Assembly: GCA_964534305.1 (NCBI GenBank)
Contig: CAZHPR010000001.1
Span: 26,944 to 90,943, forward strand
Direction of reading: 5' to 3'
Origin: an uncultured Candidatus Saccharibacteria bacterium
GTDB lineage: Bacteria; Patescibacteriota; Minisyncoccia; Phycocordibacterales; WO2-35-19
DNA length: 64,000 nucleotides
The translations under genes and the position numbers were made by a program. Under the pieces are notes generated by a model. That model ran no database searches. It was given only the letters and a program-made list of their open reading frames with translations, and was not told the DNA's origin. This document shows, in pieces, positions 18,339 to 27,540 of the stretch (its first letter is position 1; each line of letters begins with the position of its first letter).

Positions 18339-19610
18339 CTAGTATTCCCTAGCAGAAATCTGAGCGTCCAATTTTTTGAGTAGATCAATGACGACTGAAA
18401 CAACGATCAAGAGACCAGTTCCACCGATGGCCACAGCGTTAATACCGGTGAGCGCTTGTATCACAAGCGGCAAGACAGCAATAAGTCCCAAGAAGAGCGC
18501 CCCGATAAGAGTCAGTCTAAAAAGTATTTTAGCAATATGAGAAGACGTAGAAGGCCCTGGTCTTACACCGGGTATAAAGGCACCACTTCTTTGCAAATTC
18601 TTCGATATAGAATCTGGATCAAATGTAACAGCCGTATAGAAATAAGTGAATACAAACACCAACAGGAAGTAAGCTATCGCATAAAATAGCTGATCAGAAA
18701 GGAAAGACAGTATAGATGAAGAGACCTTTTGTATCAGAGCGTTACTAGAGTTTGCCAAGAATCTTACAATCATTTGTGGGAAAAGTAGGATAGAAAGAGC
18801 AAAGATTATCGGCATCACACCAGCCTGATTTACACGTAGTGGCAAGTATGTTGATACTCCACCATAAACCTTGTTACCCCTTACCTGCTTTGCATAGGTA
18901 ACTGGTATCGGCCTCTCTGCCTCTGTTATAACAACCACACCCCAGATAACCAAAACCGCAGCCGCAATAAATCCAAGATAAGAAGGGAGCATCGAGACAT
19001 CAAACGAAAGGAGTAGCCTACTAACAGCAGACGGTAGCGCAGAGACTATACCAGCAAATATGATGAGCGAAACACCGTTACCGATACCAAACTCAGTTAT
19101 AAGCTCTCCAAGCCACATAAGAAGAAGTGAACCGGCTGATATTACTATTAGGTTTGTAGCAAGTTCAAAAGTAGAAAGTCTTGCAAGTATTCCCTGGTTC
19201 TGAAGAAGGACTATAAAGCTGAAGCCCTGTATCAGAGCAAGTGGTACGGTGAGCAATCTTGAGTACTGAGTAAACTTCCTTCTACCAACCTCCCCGTCTT
19301 CTTGATACATCTCTTTTAGTCTTGGGAACATAACGGTAAGCAGCTGCATTATGATTGAAGCAGTAATATAAGGAGAAACACCGAGCATTATTATGGAAAG
19401 ATTTGATAAGCCACCTCCAGAAAATATGTTTAGCAGACCGAAGAAATCATTACCAGATATAAACTGTTCTAGACGGATTGGATCAATGCCTGGTATAGGT
19501 ATAACAGCCATAACACGAAAGATAGCAAGAACAACCAGAGTAAAGATTATTCTGTTTCTCAAAACACTATCCCCCCAAACGAGCTTTATTTTGTGAAAGA
19601 AAGAATTCAT
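18339..19610 (-). CDS. secY: Preprotein translocase SecY
   Basis: LGVSPYITASII, GIGNGVSLIIFAGI, NQAGVMPIIFA, IPGVRPG. Confidence 0.99.
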   Translation of the reverse strand: MNSFFHKIKLVWGDSVLRNRIIFTLVVLAIFRVMAVIPIPGIDPIRLEQFISGNDFFGLLNIFSGGGLSNLSIIMLGVSPYITASIIMQLLTVMFPRLKEMYQEDGEVGRRKFTQYSRLLTVPLALIQGFSFIVLLQNQGILARLSTFELATNLIVISAGSLLLMWLGELITEFGIGNGVSLIIFAGIVSALPSAVSRLLLSFDVSMLPSYLGFIAAAVLVIWGVVVITEAERPIPVTYAKQVRGNKVYGGVSTYLPLRVNQAGVMPIIFALSILLFPQMIVRFLANSSNALIQKVSSSILSFLSDQLFYAIAYFLLVFVFTYFYTAVTFDPDSISKNLQRSGAFIPGVRPGPSTSSHIAKILFRLTLIGALFLGLIAVLPLVIQALTGINAVAIGGTGLLIVVSVVIDLLKKLDAQISAREY

Positions 19611-19626
19611 TTATTTTTTAAGAGTA

Positions 19627-20067
19627 CTACTCTATATTACCACCTAGGGCAATTATTGCCTTGCTTGCACCCTCAGAAACCAAAACGCCTTTTATAGTAA
19701 GCTTCTTTTTAAGCTCACCACTTGCAAGTATTTTTATAGTAGGGTTCTTGCCACTCACTGTAGTTATAAGACCTTTTTCAGTTAGAGTCTTTGGAGAAAC
19801 AACATCACCCGCCGAAAAATTCTTCTCCAAGAGAGAAAGGTTTATAGCGACATTGTCCTTCTGTATAGATTTTAGAGAATTCTTACCTCTACCTCTTAGC
19901 TTTGGTATTCGCTTTATGATATCTCTGAGTTCTGGTCTCTTTTTTCTTCCGCTTCTTGCGTTTTGTCCCTTTGTCCCTCTACCAGAAGTTTTGCCCTTAA
20001 CACCGCCGCGACCGACTCTCATCTTTTTCTTATTTGCTTTATTCTTTTTTAGATTATTTAACTGCAT
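19627..20067 (-). CDS. rplO: 50S ribosomal protein L15
   Basis: RVGRGGVKGKTSGRGTKGQNARSG. Confidence 0.97.
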   Translation of the reverse strand: MQLNNLKKNKANKKKMRVGRGGVKGKTSGRGTKGQNARSGRKKRPELRDIIKRIPKLRGRGKNSLKSIQKDNVAINLSLLEKNFSAGDVVSPKTLTEKGLITTVSGKNPTIKILASGELKKKLTIKGVLVSEGASKAIIALGGNIE

Positions 20068-20076
20068 ATTTTTGTT

Positions 20077-20682
20077 TTATGCTCTTATCTTTGCAAGCGC
20101 TTTTATTGTTGCTCTTGCTATGTTTAGCTTGTTTTTTGATCTAGAAAGTATCTTGGTTGATACCTCTTTCACCCCAGCAAGCTCCAAGACTGTCCTCACA
20201 GAACTTCCAGCAACAACTCCTTTACCTGGAGCTGGCATTATAACAACACTTGAGCTTGAGTACTTTGCTTCCACCTGATGAGGTATAGAAGATTTTTTGT
20301 TTAGGTTTATTTGGACCATGTTCTTCTTTGCATCCCTAACCGCTTTTTCTACTGCGATTGGAGTGTCTCCTGCCTTGCCAAGACCAACTCCGACCCGACC
20401 CTTTCTGTCTCCCACCACGATAGCCGCACTAAAGCTAAACCTTCTTCCTCCTGATACCACTCTGGTCACTCTCCTGATGCTTATAAGTTTGTTGTCAAAC
20501 TCCTGTCTTACTTTTTCTGGTCTCCTAGATGGCTTTCTCTCATTCTTTCTCTTTTCAAATCTTTTTTTGCCAGAAACAGCTGTGTTTTCTGAAACATTTT
20601 CTTCAGATACAGAATCAACAACCGGAGATTCATCGATTACTCCTTCATCAACTTTTATTTCTTTTTCGTTTAGATCTGACAT
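20077..20682 (-). CDS. rpsE: 30S ribosomal protein S5
   Basis: RRVTRVVSGGRRFSFSAAIVVGD. Confidence 0.98.
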   Translation of the reverse strand: MSDLNEKEIKVDEGVIDESPVVDSVSEENVSENTAVSGKKRFEKRKNERKPSRRPEKVRQEFDNKLISIRRVTRVVSGGRRFSFSAAIVVGDRKGRVGVGLGKAGDTPIAVEKAVRDAKKNMVQINLNKKSSIPHQVEAKYSSSSVVIMPAPGKGVVAGSSVRTVLELAGVKEVSTKILSRSKNKLNIARATIKALAKIRA

Positions 20683-20694
20683 ATATTATTTTTA

Positions 20695-21042
20695 TTAAAA
20701 CTTAAGACCGGCTTCTCTTGCACCATCTGCCATAGAAGCAATCGATCCAGTATACAAATATCCACCCCTATCAAAGACTGCTACCTCTATACCTTTTGAT
20801 TTTGCAATTTCTGCTATTTTTTTGCCTGCCTCAAAGGCTCTTTCTTTATTTGTTTTTGCTTTACTTCCCTTTGTGGTAGCAAAAGCAAGAGTTTCGCCCT
20901 TTGTATCGTCTACAAGCTGAGCATTTACGTACTTGTTTGATCTAAATACAGAGAATCTAGGTTTAACAGAAGTACCAAAAACCTTAGCTCTGATTCGCTT
21001 CCTTCTCCTGTCTCTTTGATTTTTTTTGATTTTGGTATCCAT
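20695..21042 (-). CDS. rplR: 50S ribosomal protein L18
   Basis: PRFSVFRSNK, FDRGGYLYTG, AREAGLKF. Confidence 0.98.
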   Translation of the reverse strand: MDTKIKKNQRDRRRKRIRAKVFGTSVKPRFSVFRSNKYVNAQLVDDTKGETLAFATTKGSKAKTNKERAFEAGKKIAEIAKSKGIEVAVFDRGGYLYTGSIASMADGAREAGLKF

Positions 21043-21063
21043 GTTCTTTAGTAATTAGAAATT

Positions 21064-21597
21064 TTATACACTCTTCTTACCTTCCTTTCTTCTGATAACT
21101 TCTCCCTCGTATCTAAATCCTTTGCCTTTGTAAGGTTCTGGCTTCTTGAGGCTTCTTACCTTAGCTGCAAAGCTTCCGACATCCTCCTTATTGATACCTG
21201 TTATTGTTATTATATTCTTTTCAGCGGTAGCGGTTATACCATCAGGGATTGCGACCTCAACAAGATGTGAGAATCCTAGCGCTAATACCAGTTTGTTTGC
21301 CTTGACCTCTGACTTGAAACCAACACCCTCAAGGATAAGTTTTTTCTGAAATGGAGTGTTTACACCCTGTATCATATTTTTGATATGAGAAGCATATGTT
21401 CCCCAGAGAGCGGCGTTTTGCTTGTTTTCTTTTTCTGGCAAGAAAGAGATGTGGCTACCATCAATAGTTATCTTTATTCCCGGTCTAAAAAGTCTCTCTA
21501 GAGACCCCTTTGGCCCCTTTACTGTAACAAAATTATTAGCAACAGTTACTTCTGTGTTTGCTGGTATGTCTATTCCTTTTTTACCAATTCTACTCAT
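21064..21597 (-). CDS. rplF: 50S ribosomal protein L6
   Basis: MSRIGKK, PEPYKGKG. Confidence 0.98.
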   Translation of the reverse strand: MSRIGKKGIDIPANTEVTVANNFVTVKGPKGSLERLFRPGIKITIDGSHISFLPEKENKQNAALWGTYASHIKNMIQGVNTPFQKKLILEGVGFKSEVKANKLVLALGFSHLVEVAIPDGITATAEKNIITITGINKEDVGSFAAKVRSLKKPEPYKGKGFRYEGEVIRRKEGKKSV

Positions 21598-21639
21598 TTT
21601 ATTTGTTATGATTTTTGTGTATTCGTGTGATTTGTAGGT

Positions 21640-22035
21640 TTACCATATATTAAACAGAACTTCTCCACCCAGATTTTCTTTCTTTGCATCAGCATCAGCC
21701 ATTATGCCTTTCGGAGTAGAGAGTACGTGCATACCATAACCACCTCTATACTTTTTGAGGTTCTTTGCCTTTTCATAAATCCTCTTTGATGGCTTTGATA
21801 TTCTTTTTACGTCTCTTATCTTTGGGCTTCCGTCCTTTTCGTATAAAAGAGTTATGTTTAAGAATTTCAGTGTTTCTCCTTTTGTCTTTTTTGATATAGC
21901 ACCAACAAAACCCTTATTAGAAAGTATTTCTGCTATTGCAGATTTCATTTTTGAAAAAGGCACCGAAACGCTACCTCTACCAGCAGCTCCGGCATTCTTG
22001 ATTCTTATTAAAAAGTCTCCTATTGGATCAGTCAT
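21640..22035 (-). CDS. rpsH: 30S ribosomal protein S8
   Basis: TDPIGDFLIRIKNA, ISKPSKRIY, STPKG, GGEVL. Confidence 0.98.
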   Translation of the reverse strand: MTDPIGDFLIRIKNAGAAGRGSVSVPFSKMKSAIAEILSNKGFVGAISKKTKGETLKFLNITLLYEKDGSPKIRDVKRISKPSKRIYEKAKNLKKYRGGYGMHVLSTPKGIMADADAKKENLGGEVLFNIW

Positions 22036-22102
22036 ATTTTTCGAGGCAGTTTCGAGTTTGGCTCTGACCCTTCGCTTTGCTCAGGATCTCGCTTCGCTCG
22101 AC

Positions 22103-22288
22103 TTACCAAGATGATTTTTTAACTCCTGGGATTCTTCCTTCGTTTGCAAGTTCCCTGAAGCAGATTCTGCAAAGACCGAAATCTCTGATATAAGCCCTCT
22201 TTCTGCCACATTTGAAGCAGCGATTAACAGCCCTAGTGCTAAACTTAGGCGTTTTTTGGGATCTTGCGATTACTGATTTCTTTGCCAT
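22103..22288 (-). CDS. rpsN: 30S ribosomal protein S14, Zn-binding type Z
   Basis: CFKCGR...[19 protein letters not shown]; 61 aa. Confidence 0.98.
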   Translation of the reverse strand: MAKKSVIARSQKTPKFSTRAVNRCFKCGRKRAYIRDFGLCRICFRELANEGRIPGVKKSSW

Positions 22289-22419
22289 CTTTACTTTATA
22301 AAATGCCCATACCAGGGCAACCCTAATAACCTATCAGATATATAAAAAAGAGTCAATGGCGTTAATTAAAAATAGGAAACACTCAAATAATATGTTAGTC
22401 TTGCCGGCAGGAGGCTGGA

Positions 22420-22638
22420 ATGAAAAGGCTGCTCGAAGTGATACAGGAAGAAGTAAAGAGGGACCCACTGGGTTATACGGTCAGCTTAGTGACTCTAATA
22501 GCTTGCTTTGCACTGTACCAAGACGTTAGAGGGCTGATGCCTTGGTACCTGTTCGTAGTAGCTTGTATCATTGGTCTTTCTGTGGGTCTTATTCTTGTTG
22601 TATTTGTCATAAAAAAAATACTCGAGAAGACGGACTAA
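22420..22638 (+). CDS. Small 2-TM hypothetical protein
   Basis: AGGAGG SD, two hydrophobic helices, own terminator. Confidence 0.7.
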   Translation: MKRLLEVIQEEVKRDPLGYTVSLVTLIACFALYQDVRGLMPWYLFVVACIIGLSVGLILVVFVIKKILEKTD

Positions 22639-22670
22639 CCACAAAAAGACTGTTCCGCAAACATGACACC

Positions 22671-22692
22671 TGACCCCGCCACGGCGGGGTCA
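22671..22692 (+). terminator. GC-rich hairpin or terminator
   Basis: TGACCCCGCC-AC-GGCGGGGTCA. Confidence 0.7.
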
Positions 22693-22753
22693 TTCCTTAT
22701 TTATAAATACTTATATAGAAAAAGGTTTGGCACTGTGATAACCTAATTAAGTT

Positions 22754-22843
22754 GGAGACGTGGCTGAGCTGGTCGAAAGCGCCTCACTGCTAACGAGGTA
22801 GGCCCTTTAAAAGGTCTCGAGGGTTCGAATCCCTCCGTCTCCG
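22754..22843 (+). tRNA. tRNA-Ser(GCT)
   Basis: Acceptor stem GGAGACG/CGTCTCC, anticodon loop CT-GCT-AA, long variable arm, GGTTCGAATCC, discriminator G. Confidence 0.97.
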
Positions 22844-23026
22844 CAGGAGCCAAAAAGCTAAGAGCTTTTTGGAGGAGCAAGTGCTTTGAATAGCACTTGC
22901 GTGGGGATTCGAAGACCTTTTGAGACTAAAATTGATTTTAAGAAAATTTTAGCCAAAAGGTGTACTGAAACTGTAAGTTTCGAAATTCCTTACACCTTAC
23001 CCAAATTAGTTTGCTATAATAGCCAT

Positions 23027-23311
23027 ATGAAATCAATAATAGGAAGTAAATATTTTGCGCTAGTTGTTGTTGCAATCGTTTTTGTAGCTGGAGCATTTTT
23101 GTACATAAACAACCCCGATCCAGTAGAATATGAGGGTGAAGAAGAGATTGTCTGTACTCAGGATGTGCTCCTATGTCCTGACGGATCTTATGTCGGGAGA
23201 GAAGGTAAAGACTGCCAGTTCAAAGCCTGCCCTCCCCCTCCGGAAGGTACACAGTTTGAAGACGGCACCATAGAGAGTGGAGATAATAATATTTCTATTC
23301 CTGAAAATTAA
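23027..23311 (+). CDS. Small membrane-anchored protein with a CTQD...CPDG...C..C Cys module
   Basis: TM helix then CTQDVLLCPDGSYVGREGKDCQFKACP; start at ATG 23027. Confidence 0.8.
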   Translation: MKSIIGSKYFALVVVAIVFVAGAFLYINNPDPVEYEGEEEIVCTQDVLLCPDGSYVGREGKDCQFKACPPPPEGTQFEDGTIESGDNNISIPEN

Positions 23312-23696
23312 TTTCAAAAGGATACATCCCCATACTACAAGTCCCTTTGAGGACAGAGACTTTTGGGATACCCAAATCTATTTCTACAACACCAGTGGGT
23401 GGGAGGCTTTGGCTAATATCCATCTTTGGTATCCTAACAGAAGAAGAACAGTCAAAGGTGTTCTTGGTTTCCATCTTTAATATGGTAGGAATGCCAGCCT
23501 TGGCATAAGTTTTTCTAGGACTAAACCCTCCTTTTGCTTTTATTTCTATAATTTGTTTACCTTGATCAACAAAAACGTTTTGAACAGGCTCATTATATTC
23601 CGATGTTTTGTTATTTGGATCACCCCCAGAACTTAAAATAAAATACGCAAGCAAAGAAAACACAGAAAGCATTATAATTAGAGTAGATATTTTCAT
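23295..23696 (-). CDS. Cupredoxin-domain protein
   Basis: GGFSP, DCSS, CSMGMY; lies in the copper operon. Confidence 0.88.
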   Translation of the reverse strand: MKISTLIIMLSVFSLLAYFILSSGGDPNNKTSEYNEPVQNVFVDQGKQIIEIKAKGGFSPRKTYAKAGIPTILKMETKNTFDCSSSVRIPKMDISQSLPPTGVVEIDLGIPKVSVLKGTCSMGMYPFEINFQE

Positions 23697-23717
23697 CTTG
23701 GTATTATAATAATTTGA

Positions 23718-24749
23718 TTAAAAATTAAAAACTGGAGGCAAGAGATCTATAACGACCAGACTATTTATTATATTGAATATAGAAAACAAGATAACAATAA
23801 TCCCAGCGGTCTTGAAAAACACTCCTTTCTTTGAATTGTTTTTTATACTAAAAGAACTAAAGCTTACAAGAGCCAGTATCGGTAAAGTACCCAGAGCAAA
23901 AATAAGCATAGTGAGGCCCCCCTTTAAGAAACTCGCGGTGGTTAGGGTGTAAAATTGCATTGACTGAGTAAAACCGCAGGGCAAGAAGAATGTGGCAATA
24001 CCTAAGATTATAGGAGTCACAGAGTGATTATAATTTGAAATATTGTGCGCATATTTACCTACTGATTTTGGGATAGATAATTGTAGTTTTTTTGCCCAAG
24101 GAAATACCTCAAGAAGATTTATACCGAGAATAAGCATAACTAACCCGACCAATAAGCTGAGTAAAAATGTTGCAAACGGAGAAAGTGTAAAGGCTGAACC
24201 AAGCATACCAATAACCCCACCGAGAAAAAAGAAAGAGACAATTCTACCTATATGGAACATCAACTGTGGTTTTAGGCTGTTTTGTTCTTTTGCAAATGTT
24301 GCTGACACAGAAAGCAGAAGTCCGCCCACAACAGCCATACAAGAAGATAGTGAAGCGACAATACCGATAGCAAATACCGTGCCATAACCAACGTTAGAAG
24401 CATCTACAAAATTTACAATACCCACCTTTTGAAGAAAAATAAAAAGGAAAGCAAAAAGAAGTGCAAACGGAACTGCCAACTTAAACTCTGACCAATTTGC
24501 CTTTTTGAGCTCCTTTTCTACGGATAATTTATAACCATAACCCTCTATAAGAGCAGAGAGTTTTTCTGCAACACTAGATGGCGAGAGGTTACCAAAATCT
24601 CCAGAAACTTCGAGCGTATTTGAGGAAAGATTTGCTTCAGCCCGATTTACAGCCGGAGACTCCTTTGTTTTACTTTCTATAAGTACTACACAAGAAGCAC
24701 AGTGCATCCCATGAACATGAAATATATATTTTTTATTTTTTTCTTGCAT
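23718..24749 (-). CDS. HMA domain plus TauE/SafE (DsbD_2-like) membrane protein
   Basis: GMHCASC, SSCMAVVGG, FFLPCGFTQ, FALGTLP. Confidence 0.88.
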   Translation of the reverse strand: MQEKNKKYIFHVHGMHCASCVVLIESKTKESPAVNRAEANLSSNTLEVSGDFGNLSPSSVAEKLSALIEGYGYKLSVEKELKKANWSEFKLAVPFALLFAFLFIFLQKVGIVNFVDASNVGYGTVFAIGIVASLSSCMAVVGGLLLSVSATFAKEQNSLKPQLMFHIGRIVSFFFLGGVIGMLGSAFTLSPFATFLLSLLVGLVMLILGINLLEVFPWAKKLQLSIPKSVGKYAHNISNYNHSVTPIILGIATFFLPCGFTQSMQFYTLTTASFLKGGLTMLIFALGTLPILALVSFSSFSIKNNSKKGVFFKTAGIIVILFSIFNIINSLVVIDLLPPVFNF

Positions 24750-24755
24750 ATAATT

Positions 24756-27071
24756 TTAATTTAATTTTTTTGTTTTTATTCTAAGAGAATTGACCACCAC
24801 AGAAACACTTGAAAGAGCCATCGCAAACCCAGCAAATACAGGACTAAGCAACCAACCAAAGATCGGATAGAACACTCCCGCCGCAAGAGGGATCCCTACA
24901 ATATTGTAGATAAAGGCCCAAAAAAGATTTTGTTTTATACCCCGCATCGTTATCTTTGAAAGTTTTATTGATTTTACCAACTTTGATATATCGCCATGCA
25001 AAAGAGTTATCCCTGCTGACTCTATTGCAACATCAGTACCAGTGCCCATAGCAATTCCGATATCAGCCTGAGCCAGGGCCGGTGCATCGTTTACTCCATC
25101 CCCTGCCATGGCAACTATCCTACCCTCAGATTGAAGCTCTTTTATTTTTGATAATTTATCTTGAGGCAAAACGTTTGCAACAACCTGATCAATACCGACA
25201 CTTGAAGCGATATACTCCGCCGTCTTCTTATCATCTCCGGTAAGCATAACCACCTTTATTCCAATTTTGTGGAGATCCTTTATTGCGTCTTTTGATTCTG
25301 GTTTGACCTTGTCTGCAACCATCACAAAACCCAATAATTTCTCTTTGGTAGCAAACAAAACTGGAGTCTTACCTTGCTCTGTAAAAGCTTCCAGATCTGG
25401 TAAGTCAAGGTTTGTGAGTAAACTCTTTACAAACCTGACACTACCAACATAATAATCAACGCCTTCAATATTCGCCTTGACACCCTTTCCTTCAATATTC
25501 TCAAAATTAGATACTTCTTTTACTTCTAAACAAGTCTCTCCTGCATAGTTTACAATTGCATTAGCAATTGGATGTTCTGATTTTTTCTCAATAGAAGCAA
25601 TCAATGATACGAATTTATCATCTTCCAAATCAGATAAATTTTTTGTATCAACAACAACCGGCTTTCCCAAAGTGATTGTCCCTGTTTTATCAACAACAAC
25701 AGTATCAACTTTATGAAGCTTTTGGAGTGTAGTGGCATCTTTGATCAGAATACCCTCCCTAGCTCCCTTACCCACCCCGACAATTATGGCAGTTGGTGTC
25801 GCAAGACCAAGCGCACAAGGACAAGCAATAACAAGGACACTAACAAAAGAAACAACTCCGAAAGAAAAGGCTTGTGAAAAACCAAGATATTGTGTGCCCA
25901 ACAAAATCCAAACCGCCAAAGAAAGAGTAGCGATAACCAACACAGTAGGTACAAAAACGCTAGATATCTTGTCTGCAAGGGCCTGAATCGGTGCCCTACT
26001 ACCCTGGGCATTTTCTACCATCGTTATTATCTGAGAAAGAAGAGTTTCTTTTCCTATCTTTGTTGCTTTAAAAATAAAATGGCCATTAGTATTTAGCGTG
26101 CCGGAGACAACACTGTCTCCAACATTTTTTTCTATTGGTATTGGCTCTCCTGTAACCATTGATTCGTCAACAAAAGAATGGCCCTCCACAATATTTCCAT
26201 CAACTGGTATCTTTGCTCCTGGCTTTACTACGATACTATCACCAAGAATTACTTCGTTTATAGAAACTTCTTTTTCTTGGCCATCACGGACAACAATAGC
26301 GGTTTTTGCTTGAAGATTTAGGAGTTTTTCTATAGCATCTCCAGTTTTTAACTTTGATCTAGCTTCAAGATATTTTCCGAGAGTTATAAAAGTTATAACC
26401 ACAATTGTTATGTCATAATAAGTATATTCAACGTTTAAAAAAGGCCTCAAAGTTTCTTCAAAAGCTGAGACGACAAAACTGTAAACATAAGCTGTTAGTG
26501 TTCCTATGCCAATTAAAGTGTCCATATTCGCCTTGCCATAACGCAAAAAACGGTAAATACCAACAAGATATGGTTTACCGACTACAAAAAGAATATAGGT
26601 AGCTATAACCGGCAATAGATGATGAAAAAATTCACTTAAGACATCCCCCATCATTGGAACAAGTTCGTATTTTGATAGAATCTCCCAAAACATTATAAAA
26701 ACAGCAATAATACTTAGAAAAACTGAGGAAAAAACTTTGGATCTCATTTCTTCTATCTCTTTAATTTTTTCTGCCTTTGATTGGTTTAGTCCGAGGTGTT
26801 TTGCATGCTCTTCTTCGCTCATACCTGCCTGTGCAGACAGGCCCATATCTTCGGCACTCTGCCCATAAAGAGAATAGCCCAGCGGCTCTATTTTTTTAGA
26901 GAGTTGCAAGAGATCTACTTTTTTGTGATCAAAAGAAATTTTTGCACTTTCTGTCGCATAATTAACCTCAGCCGAATTTACACCAGAAGTTTTTTTGAGA
27001 GTATCTTCTATTATGCTTGCACAAGAAGCGCAGTGCATACCTTTTACTTTATAAGTTTTTTGGTTATCCAT
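24756..27071 (-). CDS. copA: Copper-translocating P1B-type ATPase
   Basis: [40 protein letters not shown] and MALSS. Confidence 0.96.
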   Translation of the reverse strand: MDNQKTYKVKGMHCASCASIIEDTLKKTSGVNSAEVNYATESAKISFDHKKVDLLQLSKKIEPLGYSLYGQSAEDMGLSAQAGMSEEEHAKHLGLNQSKAEKIKEIEEMRSKVFSSVFLSIIAVFIMFWEILSKYELVPMMGDVLSEFFHHLLPVIATYILFVVGKPYLVGIYRFLRYGKANMDTLIGIGTLTAYVYSFVVSAFEETLRPFLNVEYTYYDITIVVITFITLGKYLEARSKLKTGDAIEKLLNLQAKTAIVVRDGQEKEVSINEVILGDSIVVKPGAKIPVDGNIVEGHSFVDESMVTGEPIPIEKNVGDSVVSGTLNTNGHFIFKATKIGKETLLSQIITMVENAQGSRAPIQALADKISSVFVPTVLVIATLSLAVWILLGTQYLGFSQAFSFGVVSFVSVLVIACPCALGLATPTAIIVGVGKGAREGILIKDATTLQKLHKVDTVVVDKTGTITLGKPVVVDTKNLSDLEDDKFVSLIASIEKKSEHPIANAIVNYAGETCLEVKEVSNFENIEGKGVKANIEGVDYYVGSVRFVKSLLTNLDLPDLEAFTEQGKTPVLFATKEKLLGFVMVADKVKPESKDAIKDLHKIGIKVVMLTGDDKKTAEYIASSVGIDQVVANVLPQDKLSKIKELQSEGRIVAMAGDGVNDAPALAQADIGIAMGTGTDVAIESAGITLLHGDISKLVKSIKLSKITMRGIKQNLFWAFIYNIVGIPLAAGVFYPIFGWLLSPVFAGFAMALSSVSVVVNSLRIKTKKLN

Positions 27072-27091
27072 TTTAAAAAATTATCTTGTAA

Positions 27092-27358
27092 TTAACTTAC
27101 CTTCTTTAGACGATAGACTTCTAATATCTCTTTTGTTGCCTTAGAGCTATCACCCTTTTTTATCTGTGGAATAACACAAGAATTGAGATGGTTTTCCATA
27201 ATCGCGTCTTCTATCGCAGAGAGAGCTCTTCTGGCAGCGGATGATTGGGTGATTATATCTACACAATAAACACCTTTTTCGGTCATATCTTGGAGACCTC
27301 TTATCTGGCCTTCTATTATCTTTAGTCTGCGCATTATCCTTGATTTTGGTGTGATCAT
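27092..27358 (-). CDS. csoR: CsoR/RcnR family metal-sensing repressor
   Basis: RRLKIIEGQIRG, YCVDIITQ, HLNSC. Confidence 0.93.
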   Translation of the reverse strand: MITPKSRIMRRLKIIEGQIRGLQDMTEKGVYCVDIITQSSAARRALSAIEDAIMENHLNSCVIPQIKKGDSSKATKEILEVYRLKKVS

Positions 27359-27372
27359 AATACTTTTTATAT

Positions 27373-27442
27373 TTTAATCTTTAATCTTTAATCTTTAATC
27401 TTTAATTTTTAATTTTTAATTTTTATTTCTAATCTCTAATTT
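27373..27442. repeat. Heptamer tandem array (TTTAATC)n degrading to (TTTAATT)n
   Basis: About 10 consecutive 7-bp units in the csoR 5' region. Confidence 0.9.
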
Positions 27443-27457
27443 CGTATTTTATATATT

Positions 27458-27474
27458 ATACCCCCTGGGGGTAT
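27458..27474. promoter_or_regulatory. CsoR operator overlapping the csoR-copA promoter
   Basis: Palindrome ATACCCCC-T-GGGGGTAT next to a minus-strand TTGACA (27480-27475); matches TACCC...GGGTA CsoR operators. Confidence 0.88.
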
Positions 27475-27540
27475 TGTCAACAAGGAGGTGTTTATAAGCC
27501 TGTATCAAACAAATCAATTGTTATACTATTCTTTATACGT

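Noticed and set aside
27373-27442. Possible CRISPR array or replication-origin repeats
   Set aside because: 7-bp units with no spacers, no cas genes, and no cluster of DnaA boxes seen.
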